NCBI GenBank assembly: GCA_964472305.1 | Contig: CAYYJR010000002.1 | Coordinates: forward strand, 38,882-102,881 | Direction of reading: 5' to 3' | Source of the DNA: an uncultured bacterium | Lineage (GTDB): Bacteria > Armatimonadota > Hebobacteria > CAIYQO01 | Length of the DNA: 64,000 nt | In this document: one piece after another, positions 60,370-64,000 of the stretch | How positions within the stretch are numbered: the first letter of the stretch is position 1 | Layout of the letters: every line of letters begins with the position of its first letter | Translations under genes and position numbers: made by a program | The notes under the pieces: model-generated | Told to the model about the DNA's origin: nothing | The model's database searches: none | Seen by the model: only the letters and a program-made list of their open reading frames with translations

Positions 60370-62181
60370 ATGGATGACCGCGGGAAAACGAAAGCCCAAC
60401 TCATCGACGAACTAGCGTCCTTGCGGGTGTCGTTGGCATCCGCGCGCGCGCAGGCGACGGAACTGGCGATGCAAGTCAGCGAGGAACGGTTCCGCAAGCT
60501 CTTCGATGATGGTCCGCTCGGTATGGCCACCGTCAGTAGTAATTTCCACTTTCTCACCGCCAATGCCGCCTTCTGTCGCATGTTGGGGTATACCGAGGCG
60601 GAATTGCAGGCGCTGACCTTCCCGGAGATCACTGCTCCAGAATATGTGGCGTCCGATATCGAGCAGGTGAATAAGCTGCTGCGCGGCGAGATTTCCGATT
60701 ATCATACCGAAAAACGCTATCTCCCGAAAGATCAATCCGTCCGCTGGGGGGCTATCATCGTTTCTGCCATTCGCGACGCCGGCGGTGCCTTCGCCCATTT
60801 ATTGGTCATGGTGGAGGATATTACGGAAAAGAAGCAGGCGGAAGCCGCATTACGCGAGAGTGAAGAAAAATTTCGTACCATCTTCGAGAACGTGCAAGAT
60901 ATCTACTATCAGACCGATATGCAGGGGATTATTACCGAAATCAGTCCCTCGATATCTCGCTATTCCGGATATTCGCGCGAGGAGTTGATCGGACAGAGTT
61001 CCACGATAGTATATATCACGCCCAGTGATCGGGAGCGATTCCACGCGGTCATTCAGGCGCAAGGCGAAGTGACGGACTACGAGTTGCGGTTGCATACCAA
61101 GGATCAGCGCCCTGTTATCGTCTCCGCCAATGCCCATTTACGTTATGATGCCGCCCACACGCCTATCGGCATCGAGGGAACGCTGCGCGATATCACCGAA
61201 CGCAAACTCGAACAGGAAGCGCTTTGGCTGCTGATTGAGCGTTTCGATTTGGCCGCCCGCGCGGCGCGCCTGGGGGTGTGGGATTGGGAAATTCGTGAAG
61301 ATCGGCTCACGTGCGACGATCTCCTGTTCGACCTTTATGGACGGAAGCGTGAGGAGATGGCATTTACGTCGTATCATGACTGGTTGAGCGTGATATATCC
61401 CGATGATATCGCCTCCACCGCCAGCGCGATGCGCGAGGCGCTGTATGGCAGAAAGAACCTTGACATTGAATACCGCGTGGTGTTGCCTGACGGCGCCATC
61501 CGCCACCTGGCGGCATACGCTCATGTCGTGCATGACGCGGAAGGCCAGCCGTTGCGCATGACCGGCATCAATTATGATGTCACCGAGCGCAAACGGCAGG
61601 AAGAGGAGCTGCTGGCCAGTCGGCTGGAGTTGGAAAAGGGCAACCACCGACTGACCGAAGCGAATGCCATGCTGGAACACCTGGCATCAACCGATGCTCT
61701 CACCGACGCCTGGAACCGGCGGCATTTCGAACAGAGCGTGAAGGTGGAAATGGGGCGCGCCCAGCGTTACAATCATCCGTTGTCGCTGCTGATGTTCGAC
61801 ATCGATCATTTCAAGCAGGTAAATGATGTGTATGGTCATCAATCAGGCGATCAGATCTTAAGCGTGATCGCCAACCTGGTGCGGGCGAATATCCGTGAGT
61901 CGGATTCGCTCACCCGCTGGGGTGGTGAGGAGTTCATTGTACTGACTCCGGAACTGGCCATCGATGACGCGGCGCGATTGGGGGAAAAGCTGCGGATGCT
62001 GGTGGCGGAGTATAATTTTGCCGAGGTCGGCGTGGTGACGGTGAGCTTTGGCGTAGCGGAGTTCCATGCCGGCGAGAATCTGGACACCTGGATTAAGCAC
62101 GCCGACGAAGCCTTGTATGCTGCCAAGTTGGCGGGACGCAATACCCTGCGCTGTGCGGGAACGCAATTTTCGCTGGTATGA
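60370..62181 (+). CDS. PAS(x3)-GGDEF diguanylate cyclase
   Basis: Three PAS/PAC repeats (EDITEKK, DITERK, DVTERK), DIDHFK, RESD I-site, GGEEF. Confidence 0.95.
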   Translation: MDDRGKTKAQLIDELASLRVSLASARAQATELAMQVSEERFRKLFDDGPLGMATVSSNFHFLTANAAFCRMLGYTEAELQALTFPEITAPEYVASDIEQVNKLLRGEISDYHTEKRYLPKDQSVRWGAIIVSAIRDAGGAFAHLLVMVEDITEKKQAEAALRESEEKFRTIFENVQDIYYQTDMQGIITEISPSISRYSGYSREELIGQSSTIVYITPSDRERFHAVIQAQGEVTDYELRLHTKDQRPVIVSANAHLRYDAAHTPIGIEGTLRDITERKLEQEALWLLIERFDLAARAARLGVWDWEIREDRLTCDDLLFDLYGRKREEMAFTSYHDWLSVIYPDDIASTASAMREALYGRKNLDIEYRVVLPDGAIRHLAAYAHVVHDAEGQPLRMTGINYDVTERKRQEEELLASRLELEKGNHRLTEANAMLEHLASTDALTDAWNRRHFEQSVKVEMGRAQRYNHPLSLLMFDIDHFKQVNDVYGHQSGDQILSVIANLVRANIRESDSLTRWGGEEFIVLTPELAIDDAARLGEKLRMLVAEYNFAEVGVVTVSFGVAEFHAGENLDTWIKHADEALYAAKLAGRNTLRCAGTQFSLV

Positions 62182-62191
62182 ACGTGCCTTG

Positions 62192-62422
62192 CTAACCGCT
62201 TTGCTGCGGCATCAGACGCGCGAAATACTGCTTGCGTATCCAATCCCAGTTGAGGGTCACATGCACGATAACGAGCAGGCCAAGGGTCAAACCGCCCCCT
62301 ACGTGCACGATGGCATACACGTTCGGGGGAATATGCTCGGCGTTCAACCCGGTTATTAGCTGTGACAGGATGAGCAGTCCCTGGATGGGGATGCTGATGC
62401 GCAGCCAGTTATTCGCGGTCAT
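62192..62422 (-). CDS. DUF4405-like small membrane protein
   Basis: Two TM helices, H...VHVTLNWDWI; GGAGG RBS. Confidence 0.75.
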   Translation of the reverse strand: MTANNWLRISIPIQGLLILSQLITGLNAEHIPPNVYAIVHVGGGLTLGLLVIVHVTLNWDWIRKQYFARLMPQQSG

Positions 62423-62754
62423 GGCGTATCCTCCACTCCCATTGTTGCCGCATTCCCATGCAACCGATGTTGCGGAAATCCGGCAATGTCCCGGGATATG
62501 GGCGGAATGGCCGGGCAGCAATGCGAACCGCGTCCCAACCACCACGTAATCGCGCACACCCCCGCCGCAGCAACACCGGGCTATCGCCGGCAACCATATC
62601 CCACGTCCGCTCGGTGGGTGATACCAATGTCTTACGGGAACTCCCCGTGACAGTTCTCCTGCCGGCTATCGCAGTACGTGACGTTCCCCCAATGCAATTC
62701 TGCACAATGCGATTCCGCTTTCTGGATTCCTGATGGCCCCGTCGTCGGTGGGAC

Positions 62755-62795
62755 GTAGGGTGCAAAACGTGGAAGTCCATCTCCACGTTTTGCAC
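62755..62795 (+). repeat. GTAG-led palindrome (REP-like)
   Basis: GTAG-G-GTGCAAAACGTGGA-8 nt-TCCACGTTTTGCAC. Confidence 0.45.
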
Positions 62796-63538
62796 TAAGC
62801 GGTCGTCATCGCGCAGTCACACGATATTCACCGCCATGTTCGCCCGCCGGCACTGCGCCGCTACTGCCATCCGCAGCCGGAAGGCATTAGCCCCTCCACG
62901 CGACTGCCGGCCAGGCACCAGGGCGCGAACCTTATCGATAGTGCGAGATTGCAGTCATCCGTCGACACATACCGAGTGCGGCTGGTCGATCGTTCGTCCG
63001 CGTGCGCTCCGCTCCCGCGCATCACGGGCATGCCGGACAGACGTTGAGCAAGATGTGATACACGGACAAAATTACCCATGTTCCCTATTCCTTATTTTAC
63101 TGATAAGGAGTATAATAATGATAAGTTGTATCCTCCACGACAGCGCGGCGACTCATTCCGACGACTCCGGTCGGTGGAAAGGGGTAGTTGGTGCTGTCGC
63201 GATTGCGCGTATTGATGCTGAATTTTGGATTGATACCCGGCATGGTAGATGCAACTCGAGGGGTGCAGGAGATCGATTTGTCCTGGCGGAACCATTTAGC
63301 GTTCATCCGACTTTCATGGGAAGGCTATTGCGCCTTTCCGTCGGCCTTTGCCGTGGCGGTCTCTCGCCGGGCAAAATGCCGGATCACGCTGTCTTAACCC
63401 CCTTACCAGCTTATCCCTCTCGGCAGGTGACTCGGATCGCTCAAAAGAGTATGTACGACAAATAAGATCGTATATGGTCATACCAGAGCAGCCGGCGGCA
63501 ATGCGTTGCCATCGCGGAAGGGATCGGAGCGTGCACAT

Positions 63539-64000
63539 ATGAAAATCGCGGTTACCGGAAAAGGCGGAGTGGGGAAGACGACGACGTGCGCCTTGCTGGC
63601 CAGAGCATTCGCGGACCGGGGACAGCGGGTATTGGCCGTCGATGCGGATCCGAACGCCACCCTGGCGTTTTGCCTGGGCTTTCCCGACCCGGAGGGCATC
63701 CCGCCGATTAACGAGATGTCTGAGTTGATCGAAGAGCGGACCGGGGTGAAACCGGGCACGCCGGGCGCCATCTTCAAACTCAATCCCCGCGTTGATGATA
63801 TTCCGTCGCGCTTCGCGGTGCCCCACGACGGCATCAGCCTGTTGCGGATGGGGGCGATCAAGAACGGTGGCGCCGGGTGTTATTGTCCGGAAAACGCCTT
63901 TCTGAAAAGCCTAGTCTCCCATCTGTTCCTCAGCGAGCGCGATGTACTGATCATGGATATGGAAGCGGGGGTCGAGCATTTCGGCCGCGGAACGGCGCGC
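63539..64000 (+). CDS. cooC: CooC/AcsF nickel-insertion ATPase (partial, runs off the window)
   Basis: MKIAVTGKGGVGKTT, DADP, GCYCPEN (CxC), DMEAGVEHFGRG. Confidence 0.92.
   Translation, partial: MKIAVTGKGGVGKTTTCALLARAFADRGQRVLAVDADPNATLAFCLGFPDPEGIPPINEMSELIEERTGVKPGTPGAIFKLNPRVDDIPSRFAVPHDGISLLRMGAIKNGGAGCYCPENAFLKSLVSHLFLSERDVLIMDMEAGVEHFGRGTAR

Overview
GC-rich chromosomal window from a diderm, probably anaerobic bacterium: it carries an LPS heptosyltransferase, lnt, beta-barrel proteins, a MetV-like protein and CooC. An Armatimonadota-like origin is an impression only. Most of it is housekeeping and metabolic: an EndoQ-like PHP nuclease running off the left edge, tyrA, a TldE/PmbA protein, pyrG, msrA, pgeF, pilT, tRNA-Ser(TGA), argF, proB, an M16 peptidase pair, mnmE, lnt, mutS, a GH38 mannosidase, a heterodimeric ABC exporter, a DEAD-box helicase, L25/Ctc, a PAS-GGDEF cyclase, and cooC at the right edge. 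I saw no CRISPR array, integrase or transposase. The most unusual part is 54.1-58.5 kb, where three paralogous zinc-ribbon genes each have their own sigma70-like promoter. One of them is a 44-aa 'half-ribbon' micro-ORF absent from the ORF track. A divergent CxxC micro-ORF, the DEAD-box helicase and a lone L25 sit alongside. Other oddities are a Regnase/NYN-type RNase with a coiled coil, a PilT carrying a PilB/MshEN-type N-domain, an epimerase-MBL fusion, a probable ATT start codon, a structured intergenic RNA candidate and a URO-D gene remnant. All calls come from motif recognition by eye; no searches were run.
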